A stretch of DNA of 64,000 bases from Camelus ferus (Eukaryota), in the NCBI RefSeq assembly GCF_009834535.1, contig NC_045696.1, positions 86,988,001 through 87,052,000 of the forward strand. Direction: 5' to 3'. Both the position numbers and the translations under genes were made by a program. Numbering within the stretch: the first letter of the stretch is position 1; each line of letters starts with the position of its first letter. The notes beneath the pieces were generated by a model. The model did no database searches. It was not told where the DNA came from and was given only the letters and a program-made list of their open reading frames with translations. This document shows, piece by piece, positions 53,114 to 64,000 of this stretch.

Positions 53114-55389
53114 GTTCGAATAATAAAATGATTCTGAAAACCAAATACAGTGACTAGTATTTTGAGTTATTTTTAACAATGCTCCTAAAATTCTTCTCAT
53201 AGGTTAGCAGAGTGCATATTTGTAAGTCTGGCCTCTGTAATTTCATGTTTTACCTGAGGCACAGATGGCATTTAATCATGGTTATTCCGACATTCGGCAC
53301 TGCTGTAATCTGAGGAGTAAATTTATCATTCAGTTAAGAAAAAAAGTACAGAAGGCTATTTTCTGTATTGTGTTAGTCTCCCTAAGAATCACTTTTCCTG
53401 AGTTCCTTTGGCTTGATGCCATTAGTCTACTTACCAGAAAGAGACTTATGAAATGCATAGTTGAACTTACTGTAACAATTCAGTTCAAATTGTTTACTGT
53501 ACTATGCAGTGATCACTATAAGACTTCTCAGGAGAAATTTCTCTCTTGTCTTAGGACCAGGCATATTATTCTTCTATGGAACATCTGGTTTGCTTTTATC
53601 TTAAGTGCACTATAAATAAACAGGGCAATAATGTTCTCCTGTTTGTACTGGCTGCTGAAAAGCTCAGCACTAAATTTGTTACACTGTTCAAGCAGGTGTA
53701 TTGGAATTAAAGCATATATTTAATATTCCAATCTTCCTACCAGTTTCACCTTGCTTTATTTTTTTCCTTGACTTTGCTTAAAAATATTTATTCATTGTAA
53801 AAGTAGATTTTTAGCAAATAATCATAAGCATTGTAATGTGAATTCAGTGAGGTATTATATGAGCAGTCTTATAGATAAAGCTTTGAAAATCGAAGAAAAA
53901 AGAAATGCAAAAAATTTTAGTCAAATTTTAACAATATTTTGTTCATAATCATCTAAGTTTTAAAAGACAATGAGTGTTGAATTTTTCTCAAGAAAAAGAT
54001 TTTAATTGAATAGTTGGCTTCAAATGGCTCTTTTATATTACAACTCAGGCATTTTTAAAAATCTGCCAGCAGCAGAGCAAGAGCAGCTTGGTACAAATAC
54101 AAGTCGTGTTTTTTGTTTGTTTATTTTAATTTAGTATAATATTCCTCATAAAGCCTTCACCACATGTGTATCTAGCATATGGACTGGAGGATTTATCTGT
54201 GCTTCAGGCCAGAAGGAAAAAGAGGAAGAAGACTGCTGTGAAGTTTAGTACAAACAGAAATGATGAAAGTTAGACGTGAACCAAGGTTAAAATGCAAGAC
54301 AGAGATTATAACATCAGATATTTTTAAGCTTTATGGACTTCAAAGGCCCTCAGGTTTTGAGAAGTGTTGCTTAAGCTCTCAAATATGTCCTGGGTTTTCT
54401 CATATGTAAAGCTGAATATAAACATATAAAACACCTAGCACAAGGCTAAACACACAGCATTTAATAAATGTCTTTCTCATCCCTCCTCTCATTTTTTGTT
54501 CCTTCTCTTGATTCACAACACAAACTCTCCAACTGTGTTCTCTAGAGATTTTTTTTTTTAATACCAATATCTTTCCCTGTAGGCAGGCTAGTTGAAAATC
54601 TCTCTTGGTGGATTATAGGAATCTGCAATTATGAAGCTTTTCATGTGATTCTATTTCTGTTGAATCCAGTCATTATTTTCTCTAATGGTCTAATAAAGAA
54701 TCCGGAAAAGTGTTTAGCAGTTGATATAAATTTAAAGTCTGAATATCCACTGTGAATTTGAGCATACCAGAATACTTAGCTCAGAGTAGAATTCAGAAAC
54801 AGTGACTATCATCATTTCAGTAGCAGGATACTTTGATGATTTGATGGCTATTTTGAGGTGATATAAGAATGGGCCCTCTTAGGGATAGTGTTGGCCCCTT
54901 TTCACTGATTTCTTCTTGCAGGCTTCCATACCTGTACTTTTCCTAAACAAATGCACATGAATATTACAGATGTTTTCTTTGTTGTCAAATTAAATGCTCT
55001 TTCCTAATTTTCTCAATTTTAGAATCACTTGGCACAATCAATCACGCTTTCCTTTCCTAAGGATTTTTCCACGTTTGCTTCAGGCAAGAGTACACATGAG
55101 CTCATGCTTATGTTTTGGTTTTGGTTTTTTTCCAATATTTTCATAATACTTTATTAACTATGATTTCAGTTTCATTATCTCCTTTGTCCTGGTTCTTGCT
55201 TCAGGTTATCTTGTTAAGATACGCCACCTTACCAAACGAAATGTATCATTTCTCTTATTTTCAGTGGATCTATTAAATCCACTCTCCACACAGCAGGTTG
55301 AGGTCAAATGATCTTTTTGTTGAGTTTTACCACCAGGAGATCAACCAGGTTCTCACAGTAAATATCTGAGCAAATCTCCTTGTGCTTCA

Positions 55390-56600
55390 TTAAGTTTTTC
55401 TCCTATTTCACTAGTTATTTATTCTGAGTCATTTTTGCTGGAATGTTCTTATTTTCTGACCACTCAAACATTGGATGCACCATGGCTCAATGCTCTCTGA
55501 CCTCTTCTCTTCCTTATTTTAACTCACTCTGTACAGGATCTTATCCAGCTGCATGACCTTAAATGTAACATCTATTCTGATGATTCTCAAATATATATCC
55601 CTAGCCATGACATTTCTTTTCTATCTTGACTCACATTTCAAAGTCACTACTATCTCCTCTTGAATGTCTCATAGGCATCTCACATTAAAATTGCCCAAAA
55701 TCAAACTAGCCTTTTCCAAACTTGCTTCTTCCAGTGTTTATTTAATTAGTAATTATTACTGCCACTATTCTCAGGTCAAAAAACTTGGAGCCATCCTGGA
55801 CTCCCTTCTTTCTTCCACACTCTATATACAAAACATCATCAAATCCTGTCATAGATATTTCCAAATTAATTCCAGAATTAGACTGCTTTTTATTACCTCC
55901 ACCTTAGACTAATCACACTTCATACTTCATTTAAATTAATGCCACAGCATCCTAATGAATCTTTATTTGTCCATTTTTAAACTGTATCTAGTGATCATTA
56001 TGAATGTAAATTCATTCATGCTCTACCCCTCACACCCAGACACTTAACCTCTAAAGGTTCCTTAATCATTTAGGGTAACATTTCAAATGCTTTCCGTATA
56101 ATAAAAGGTCCTATATTATCCACTATATATAGTTTGCTCTTGGATTTCATGTTCTAACAAATTCCTTATGATCATGGAACTCTAGGTGTGCTGCCCCTTG
56201 CCATCTCAAAATCTTCCTAAAATATTTACCCCATCTTAGTATCTACTACACTCATTGCCTGGAAAACTCCTCACATATGTATTTATGTGACGGCTCATTC
56301 ACTTCCTTTGGATCTCTGCTCAGAAGTCATTTTCTTAGAGAGGGGCTTTCCTTGATGTCCATATCATGCTTTATCGTCTTACCCTGCTTAAAGTATCTTT
56401 ACGGAACCTATTTAGATGGTATTTTGTTATATAAGTATGCTTATTCATTTATTTATTTTTCTTTTGCATTTGACCTACCCATTAGAATGCAGAATCCATA
56501 AAATCAGAGAATGTGTCTGTTTGCTCCTTTTTTTATGCCCAACATTGAGAACAGTTCTTGGCATATGGTAGGCAATTAATAACTATTTTATTTGTTGAAG
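55390..56600 (+). mobile_element. L2 (RT remnant and 3' end)
   Basis: 'ctattctgatgattctcaaat' reads YSDDSQ (degenerate YADD). Also 'aaaaacttggagccatcctggactcc' and the end 'ggcatatggtaggcaattaataactatttatttgttgaa'. Confidence 0.88.
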
Positions 56601-58229
56601 ACTAGATGTCAGGATGACATCTATTTTCTGATTCTTCCACGGTTGAAATAATCCATTCATTAGGATTTCATGCTGTCTGCTCTGATCCTCTACTTGAGAG
56701 CTGTCACATTGCTATCTCATAGAACACTCTCCAGTTGTTTGGACAACTGTCTCTTTTACAACATATGTTGGCATTTCTCAAGTTTATTACTCTTTCAGTT
56801 ATATTTCTGTCCATTCCTTTATATTTGCTTTCCTTTTTATTTTAAAATTATTGAATTTCTATTTTATTTTATAGATTTTAGAAATGTCCTTATCTAATGA
56901 AGAAATACTGTTTTCACCAAGGTGTGTATATGTGTTTACCTGATGCCACATGTGACCATGCCTCAGTGTTCAAGACAGTGTGTTTTGTAGGAAATTGTTT
57001 ACAAGGATACAACAGAGCTCAGTTTATTTATTAGAGAGGTCACATATTTGTCTGCTTAAAAAAATCTAATTTTCTGTCTCTAAAGCTGTTAAAATAAATT
57101 CAAGGTACATTTAACTTTGTAACAAAACCAAGACTTTATGAGACGTATTTCTGTTCTCTATCTTGTTGATGAGTATAGAGTGTCAAACACTGTTGTAATT
57201 TAAAGTGATTTTTATTTTTGGCAATATAAATATAAGCTCATGCTGAGAATATTCAAATGCATTCCTCTGAACATAATTACCATGACGAATTAGATTTAAA
57301 ATATGAAAAATAAAATAGAAGTTATAAAACCAAGTAATCGGAAAACTCTCCAATACTGTCTAAATTAGCATTTTTCAATGATCAAGTTCTTTGCAGTTCA
57401 GTTTTATTTTAGCTGTTCATATTTTAAGATTATTAGACAAAGGAAGGTTAGTATAATCATGTTTTACTCCTCTGTCTAATAATACACAGACACTTCTTTG
57501 GCTGCAGTAGAAGGATTTTCCTGGTAGAATAGTGCATTAGCAGAGCTATGACAAAAATCAAGCCAACAAATCAGTTTCACATCAATTCTGCTTTTCTTCC
57601 ATGATATTAGAGAAATATAATATGAGAGGTAATTTTCTTTCCAATTTTTCACTAAGAAATCCACTTTCTGGAATACACATGTCAGAGTTGATATTCAGAT
57701 GCTATCATTCTCTCAGCAGAAAGCAGAGTTAGCATTCAAAGTTTGTGATTCTCATCCTACTTCATCTACAGCCATGTCCTAATTCCAACCAGCTTGCTAG
57801 TATCCAGCAGATAGTTTAGTTTAAATAATTACTGTATCATGGAACTCCTTCAAAGTACAATAAATAATAGAGGTCTATTGGGATGAATAATTAATTTACA
57901 TATTTAAAAACAATGAGATAGGTTTAGCATATTTAAATAGAGAAAAAAGATACCATCTTTCTGACATCATTTTTATTTTTGATATACAAATCTGGTGTCT
58001 AAATTCTAATTGGAAATCTCAAATTGACATCTCAAGTCTGTTCTTGATTATCACCCTTATTTCTCTATGTGTCTGGAAATTCAAATGGTTAGAGAAAGAA
58101 GTGACTTTCAAATCTGATAACTTTCTTAAAACTATTTGTTTTACAGATGCAGGAATGGTTGTATTATATTTAACCATTCATACATGAACATAGTATTAGA
58201 GTTTAAGTTAGAATTCAAGCTGATAAATG

Positions 58230-58620
58230 GCCATTCTTCTTAAAAAGGGAACTTCTTTTATTCCTGGAAGGCTTATTCTACCAATGAGCAGCTCTATTCA
58301 TCAAAAAGATCTATGGTCAACTCAAGTATGTCTTCAGTTTCAGCTTATTTGTCCTAGTCTTATCCAGGAGGAAGAGAACACTTTCTATTACCACATTTGC
58401 GTGTTGATCCTTCAAACATATATTAGAACTTTCTTAAGTCTCTTCTCATTCTTCTCTTCTCTGAAGTACGCACATGCAGGCTTTCAACTTCTTTTCACAA
58501 AACAATCTTACCATCATTTAGGTCCCACCATTTTTTAATATGTTCCCTAATCTAAAATTGAATACAACTCTGACCTACAGTTAATAAACATTAGTCTTAA
58601 TCTGAGTTCAAGATTTGGTA
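58230..58620 (-). mobile_element. CR1/L3 fragment
   Basis: 'cttctcttctctgaagtac...ctttcaacttcttttcac' resembles an antisense L3 3' region. Confidence 0.4.
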
Positions 58621-58804
58621 TCTAGCTAGTGCCTTTTTAATACATGATGCTTAGCCTCTCCTAGTTTAAACATTAATATAATCTGTTGTGATTATTCATC
58701 CTTTTTTTTTTCCCTCTTTCCCTTCTTTTCTCCTCTTTCTCTCTCTCTAGTACCCTCCCAACCCCCACTCTCCTTTGGGCTGCAGGTTCTGGAATTCTGA
58801 CTAC

Positions 58805-59280
58805 TGTAAAGAATAGTGAAGGATATAAAACATTTACCTTACTTACAGCCAACACATTAGCCTACCACAATCAGGAACTGAAAACTTTATGACTCAGAGC
58901 AAACACAGTAGCCAGAGTGTCAACATTTCCACTAGTTTCCAGAATCTTAATTCCCTGAGGATATTGCAAAGAGGATAAGAAGAACCACTTGTACACAGTG
59001 GGTTCCAGTACAGAAGATAAACTCTGAAGTCAGGGAATCTGAATCCTCCGTAATGGACAATAGATTCCCTGTCCTTTGCATTTCAAGATGACTTTGTTTT
59101 CATTATAGTAGGCAAGGAAACAAAAACAAACCAAAAACCCTGCTCTTTGCTCTGGAGAAAGACACATCCGCCTATTTTCCAAGGGTATTCACTATACAAA
59201 TATCTTCGACGAAATAATCTGGAACAAAGTTAGTCAGGATCTCTGCTCATAATACACACAGGACTGCAGAATACCCAACA
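58805..59280 (-). mobile_element. ERV-L-class solo LTR (MER68/MER77-like)
   Basis: TG...CA termini ('tgtaaagaatag' ... 'atacccaaca') with a near-perfect 5-bp TSD actac/attac; contains 'tttaccttacttacagccaacacattagcctaccaca'. Confidence 0.7.
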
Positions 59281-59350
59281 ATTACCTTGAAATATCTTGG
59301 CATTATTAATTCTGTAGCTTGCTCTTTTTTTATTAAATTTTGAAAATTTT

Positions 59351-60424
59351 ATATTCTGTAAATTAAGCCCTTATCTTAATTTCCAGAATATTTAAACAGC
59401 TCATACACTTAACAAGGAAAAAAAAAGCCACCCAATCCAAAAATGGGCAGAAGACCTAAACAAGCAATTCTCCAGTGAAGACATACAAATCGTCAATAGG
59501 CACATAAAAAAATGCTCAATATCACTAATTATCAGAGAAATGCAAATCAAAATTACCATGAGGCATCACCTCACACCAGTCAGAATGGCCATCATTCAGA
59601 AGTCCACAAGTGATAAATGCTGGAGAGGGTGTGGAGAAAAGGGAACCTTCCTGCACTGTTGGTGGGAACGTAGTTTGGTGCAGCCATCATGGAAAACAGT
59701 ATGGAGAATCCTCAAAAGACCAAAAATAGACTTACTACATGACCCAGCCATCCCACTCCTGGGCATATATCCACAGGGAACTTTAATTCAAAGAGACACA
59801 TGCACCCAATGTTCATAGCAGCACTATTTACAATAGCCAAGACATGGAAACTACCTAAATGTCCATCAACAAATGACTGAATAAAGAAGTTGTAGTATAT
59901 TTATACAATGGAATACTACTCTACCATAAAAAAGAATAAAATAATGCCATTTGCAGCAATACAGATAGACCTGGAGATTGTCATTCTAAGTGAAATAAGC
60001 CATAAAGAGAAAAAAAAATGCCATATGATATCACTTATACGTGGAAACTAAAAAAAAGACAAACGAACTTATGCAAACTTATTGTAAAACAGAAACAGAC
60101 TCTCAGATTTAGAGAGCAAACTTGTGGTTACCAGGAGGGGAGGAGAGTTGGCGGGGATAAATCGGGAGTTAGAGATTTGCAGATACTAACTGATATATAT
60201 AGAATAGATAAACAACAAGTTCGTGCTGTATTGTGCAGGGAACTATGATATCTTGTAGTAACTTGTGGTGAAAAGTATGAAAATGAATATATATGTGTGT
60301 GTGTGTTTATATACACACACACACATATATATTCATTTATGACTGAAGCATTGTGCTATATACCAGAAATTGACACATTGTAAACTGACTATACGTCAAT
60401 AAAATATACCTATAGAATAAAAAA
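59351..60424 (+). mobile_element. 5'-truncated LINE-1 with a 25-bp inverted 5' end and 9-bp TSD
   Basis: ORF 59540-59818 is L1 ORF2 ([16 protein letters not shown]). TSD 'gaaaatttt' at 59342-59350 and 60425-60433. Positions 59351-59375 are antisense L1. Confidence 0.93.
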
Positions 60425-60433
60425 GAAAATTTT

Positions 60434-61628
60434 CAGCCAGTATTTCTTTAAGTGTATTTCTTCTGTCCCATTTTATCTTTCCTCTCTTTTTGAGACTGAA
60501 ATTACATGTATTTTGAACTGTCCACTGATCATTAAATCTCTTTGACTTCTTTTTTCTCCCTTTCTGTGCTTTAGCTTATATGATTTCAATTAACCTGATT
60601 TCATATTGAGTAATCCTTTCTTGTGGGATGTCCAATGTGCTCTTAACGCCATCTAGTAAATTTTTTAATTTCAGATATTTTATTTTTCAATTCTAAGATT
60701 TCTATTTGAGTTCCTTTTATACTTTCCTAATTTTATAGGAAATTCCCCATTTCTTCATCCATTATTTCCTACTTTCTATAGAATCTTAAGCTTGTGTTAT
60801 AGTTATTTCAATACCTGCTCTATTTGTGTTTCTGTTTCCACAGACTGATCTTTTCTTTTGATTCTGGATTACATTTTCTCTTTAATCTCATCTAGGTTAA
60901 GTTTTAACTGTATACTGGATGATATGTTATGATATTTTGATTTTGTTATTTTCTTCTGAAAATTAAGTTTAGTGGTAATGGCCAGTTAAAAAAGCAGGAT
61001 ATTACCTTAAATTTGCAGATATTTGACTGATATTTTGCAATGTGTGTCTATTTAATTTTGTGCTTAGTCCAGAGGATAACATCTTACTCATAAATGCAGC
61101 CCTCCTGTAATATTCATGTAAAGTTCAAGGTATTTGGGAGATTTCTCCATTTTGTCAAGACTCTACTCCAAGCTGCATTGGGAAATAGCTGAAATCTCTA
61201 CTCAGGTCTTTAAGCTTTCCATCTGTGGTTTTCTCCCTCTGATCTTTGGAATCTTGTCTGCAGTTCTGCAGTTAATCAAAAATCTAAGGGAATTTTTATG
61301 CATAGTTTTGGCTTACCATTTATAGCTCTCTCATATCCCAATATCCCTTTCATTTTCCAGTCTTTTAATGTCCCATTTTCTTCAGGCCAATAAGAGTGTG
61401 ACTTTCTGCTGTGTTCTGCTCAATAGGGGAAAAGCCTTACAAATGAAGATCTCACTCAAATTACATCCTTTCATTCATGGGTTAAATTCCATCTTGAACT
61501 GCATGCTTTTGGTCACTCTTCAGTACCTTTAAAAATGATTTTTTTTTTAAATATTTGCCCAACAGTTGGTAATGTTTTCTGCAGGAGGGCTAATTTGATA
61601 TAAGCTACTCTGCCATTACTGGAACCAG
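60434..61628 (-). mobile_element. Ancient L1ME ORF1/5' region (host of the two preceding insertions)
   Basis: 'cagccagtatttcttt', 'gccatctagtaaattttttaatttcagat' and the end 'gctactctgccattactggaacc'. Confidence 0.65.
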
Positions 61629-61892
61629 CTCTGTAATTTCTAGCTCTGAGATTGTGGGAAAGTTTATTTAAAAAACAAAGTGCTCTTTTCCATCTTTAAA
61701 TTAAGGATGCTAAGAATATATGCTCCCTAAGGATGCTGTAACATTCAATTGTGAACATTAATGCAAAGTACTGAAAAGGAAGTCTAAAATATTACAAGCA
61801 CACAAAAATTTTGCTATTATGTTTAATATAGAAGCATCTTTCAAAAAAAATTACAGGACTACTATTTTTAGGTTAGCAGTGAAATAAACCGA

Positions 61893-62077
61893 TTTTTTAA
61901 AGGGATTGTTTCTTTACTTTCATTTTTTGATATTTCATTGTTAGTGTAAAGAAATGCAACTGATTTCTGTATGTTAATCTTGTATTCTGATACCTTGCCA
62001 AATTCTTTTATCAGCTCTAATAGTTTTTGTGTGGAGCTTTTAGAGTTTTCTGTGTATAGTATCATGTCATCCACATA
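61893..62077 (-). mobile_element. L1 ORF2 RT fragment
   Basis: ORF 61868-62074 reads [42 protein letters not shown]. Confidence 0.92.
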
Positions 62078-62099
62078 CTTAGGAAAGTATAAAAGGAAC

Positions 62100-62715
62100 T
62101 CAAATAGAAATGCACCCCAGTTTTCATAGCAGCACTATATACAATAACCAAGACATAGAAACAACCTAAATGTCCATCAACATGGGATAAAGAATCTGTA
62201 GTATATTTATACAATGGAATACTACTTAGCTATAAAAAGAATGAAATAATGCCATTTGCAGCAACATGGATGGATCTGGAGATCATATTCTAAGTGAAGT
62301 AAGCCAGAAAGAGAAAGAAAAATACCATATGATATAACTCATATGTAGAATCTTTAAAAAAAAATGAAAACAAAAAAGAAGACACTAATAAACTTATCTA
62401 CAAAACAGAAACAGATTTGCAGACACAGTAAACAAACTTATGGTCACTGAGGGGAAGGGAGTGGGAAGGGAGAAATTGAGAGTCTGAGATTTGTAAATAT
62501 ATTAACTGTTATATAAAATAGATAAAAAACAAATTTCTTCTGTATAGCACAGGGAACTATATTCAAGATCGTGTAGTAACCTATGATGAAAAAGAATATG
62601 AAAATATATGTATGTATATGTATGAGTGAAACATTACACTATATACCAGAAATTGACACATTATAATTGACTATACTTTAATCAGTCAACTAATTAATTA
62701 AGTTTAAAAGAAAAG
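62100..62715 (+). mobile_element. LINE-1 3' end
   Basis: 'tgcaccccagttttcatagcagcac...gccatttgcagcaacatggatgga...ccagaaattgacacattataattgactatac'. Confidence 0.92.
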
Positions 62716-63754
62716 TTGAATATCTACTAGTTATAATCTCACTTGAGTCAAGTTGGAACCATAAATAGTGAAACTTGCTATGTAAGGAATCAGAGATTCC
62801 TGATTTTCAAATGCTGATATAATCATTATGCTTCTAAAGATTGCACAACTTAAAATCTTTTCAAATTATTTTAACTAGTGTCACCTTATAAGGTATTTCT
62901 AAAAGTTTTAAGTCAGAGCTTTTCATATAAGTTGCATTATCTACCTGCTTAGAAAAAATTAAGGAATATTATTTATCAAGTTACTAAATGTCTATTTTAA
63001 AAATAATTATTTTTGAAATGCACTAGTACATTTTAAAAGCATGTGCTAGCCAATTAAATTTAAGAGCAGTAGCTGAAATTCAATTAAGTTTCATGTGTTT
63101 GTTTCATAAACAATGTGCTGATTTTATATGAGGAGGAGTGAAGAGAGGAAGGCCAGCTTCCCAAGGGCTGTACTGAACCCAACTGTGAATGTGTCAAGGT
63201 TCCAGAGCCAGGCAGGCTCAGCCTGAACAGTCACCCCACTCCTCAACCCGGCCTTTCATGCAGGATCTTCACCAGCCTGGTTGGGTCATTGTTGTGTACC
63301 TCACAGATGGCTTCCTAGGCTGGTTCTGCCAGGCCCCTGGTGCTGCTCTCCTGGGTGGACAGGGTTGGGACTGGAGGGAGCCAGGAGCACTGGCTTCTCC
63401 CTGAGGACTTGGAGCACAAGAGCGCTTAATGATTTATTTTGCTATTTTCTAATTTTACACCAAATACTTCTCCAAAATGCTAACAAAACATTACAAAGTG
63501 TTTTTGTTTTGCTGGAAAACTAGGATATTTAAGCATTTAATTAAAAAACATTTTGCAAAACATATTTTTGCACGTAGCATATATCATGTTTGTATTTGGA
63601 GGTATTCTTCCTGAAGCAGTTGCAAGGATGATTTTTATTTTAATTCATATATCTACAGATCTTCAACTTCCTCCATTTAGGTATTTGTCAATTTAGCACT
63701 GATTCTTACATATTAGCTCATACTGAACATTCTAACCACTAAATACTGATAATG

Positions 63755-63980
63755 ATACTTAGGGTAAACATTTATGTGATACTTACAATGTAAACAGGTC
63801 TATTCTAAGTTTTCATGTATTAATCCATTGAATCCCCCAAACAATTGTATTAGGTGGACACTTTTTATCATTCACTATTTTATTATACATAAGCCATAGA
63901 GTTTAAGAAATTTACCCAGATGTGGAATTAAAAGCCCAGAAAGCCTGATTCAGAAAATATGCTACTATTTTGCTGTCCTA
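63755..63980 (-). mobile_element. MIR
   Basis: 'aacatttatgtgatacttacaatg...agagtttaagaaatttacccaga'. Confidence 0.55.
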
Positions 63981-64000
63981 ACTCTACATAAATATAAACC

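Noticed and set aside
1..64000. A novel multi-gene system, or an intact autonomous retroelement
   Set aside because: No intact ORF1/ORF2, gag/pol/env or host exon chain was found. All recognisable coding relics are truncated or interrupted.

Overview
This is AT-rich, CpG-depleted placental-mammal genomic DNA, either a gene desert or the inside of a very large intron. I found no credible host protein-coding exon, RNA gene or CRISPR array. The only ORFs with recognisable homology are decayed LINE-1 ORF2 pieces; the rest look spurious. Roughly a third of the window (by-eye estimate) is LINE-1 of several ages. The remainder includes MaLR/ERV-L/ERV1 solo LTRs, a decayed ERV-L pol fragment, L2, CR1/L3 and MIR relics. 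I saw no Alu, B1/B2, Bov-A/tA, CHR, PRE-1 or Can-SINE. That absence and the young L1 3' UTRs suggest a camelid, but this is an inference from memory, not a search result. I did not find a new biological system. The best observations are mechanistic: (1) two young L1 copies 17 kb apart, about 5% divergent elsewhere, share perfect 222-bp and 81-bp tracts carrying atypical variants (gene conversion or assembly artefact); (2) a probable two-step L1 3' transduction of about 1.1 kb; (3) two twin-primed, 5'-inverted L1 insertions with readable TSDs; (4) nested insertions that give a relative chronology. Subfamily names and the boundaries of old elements are approximate.
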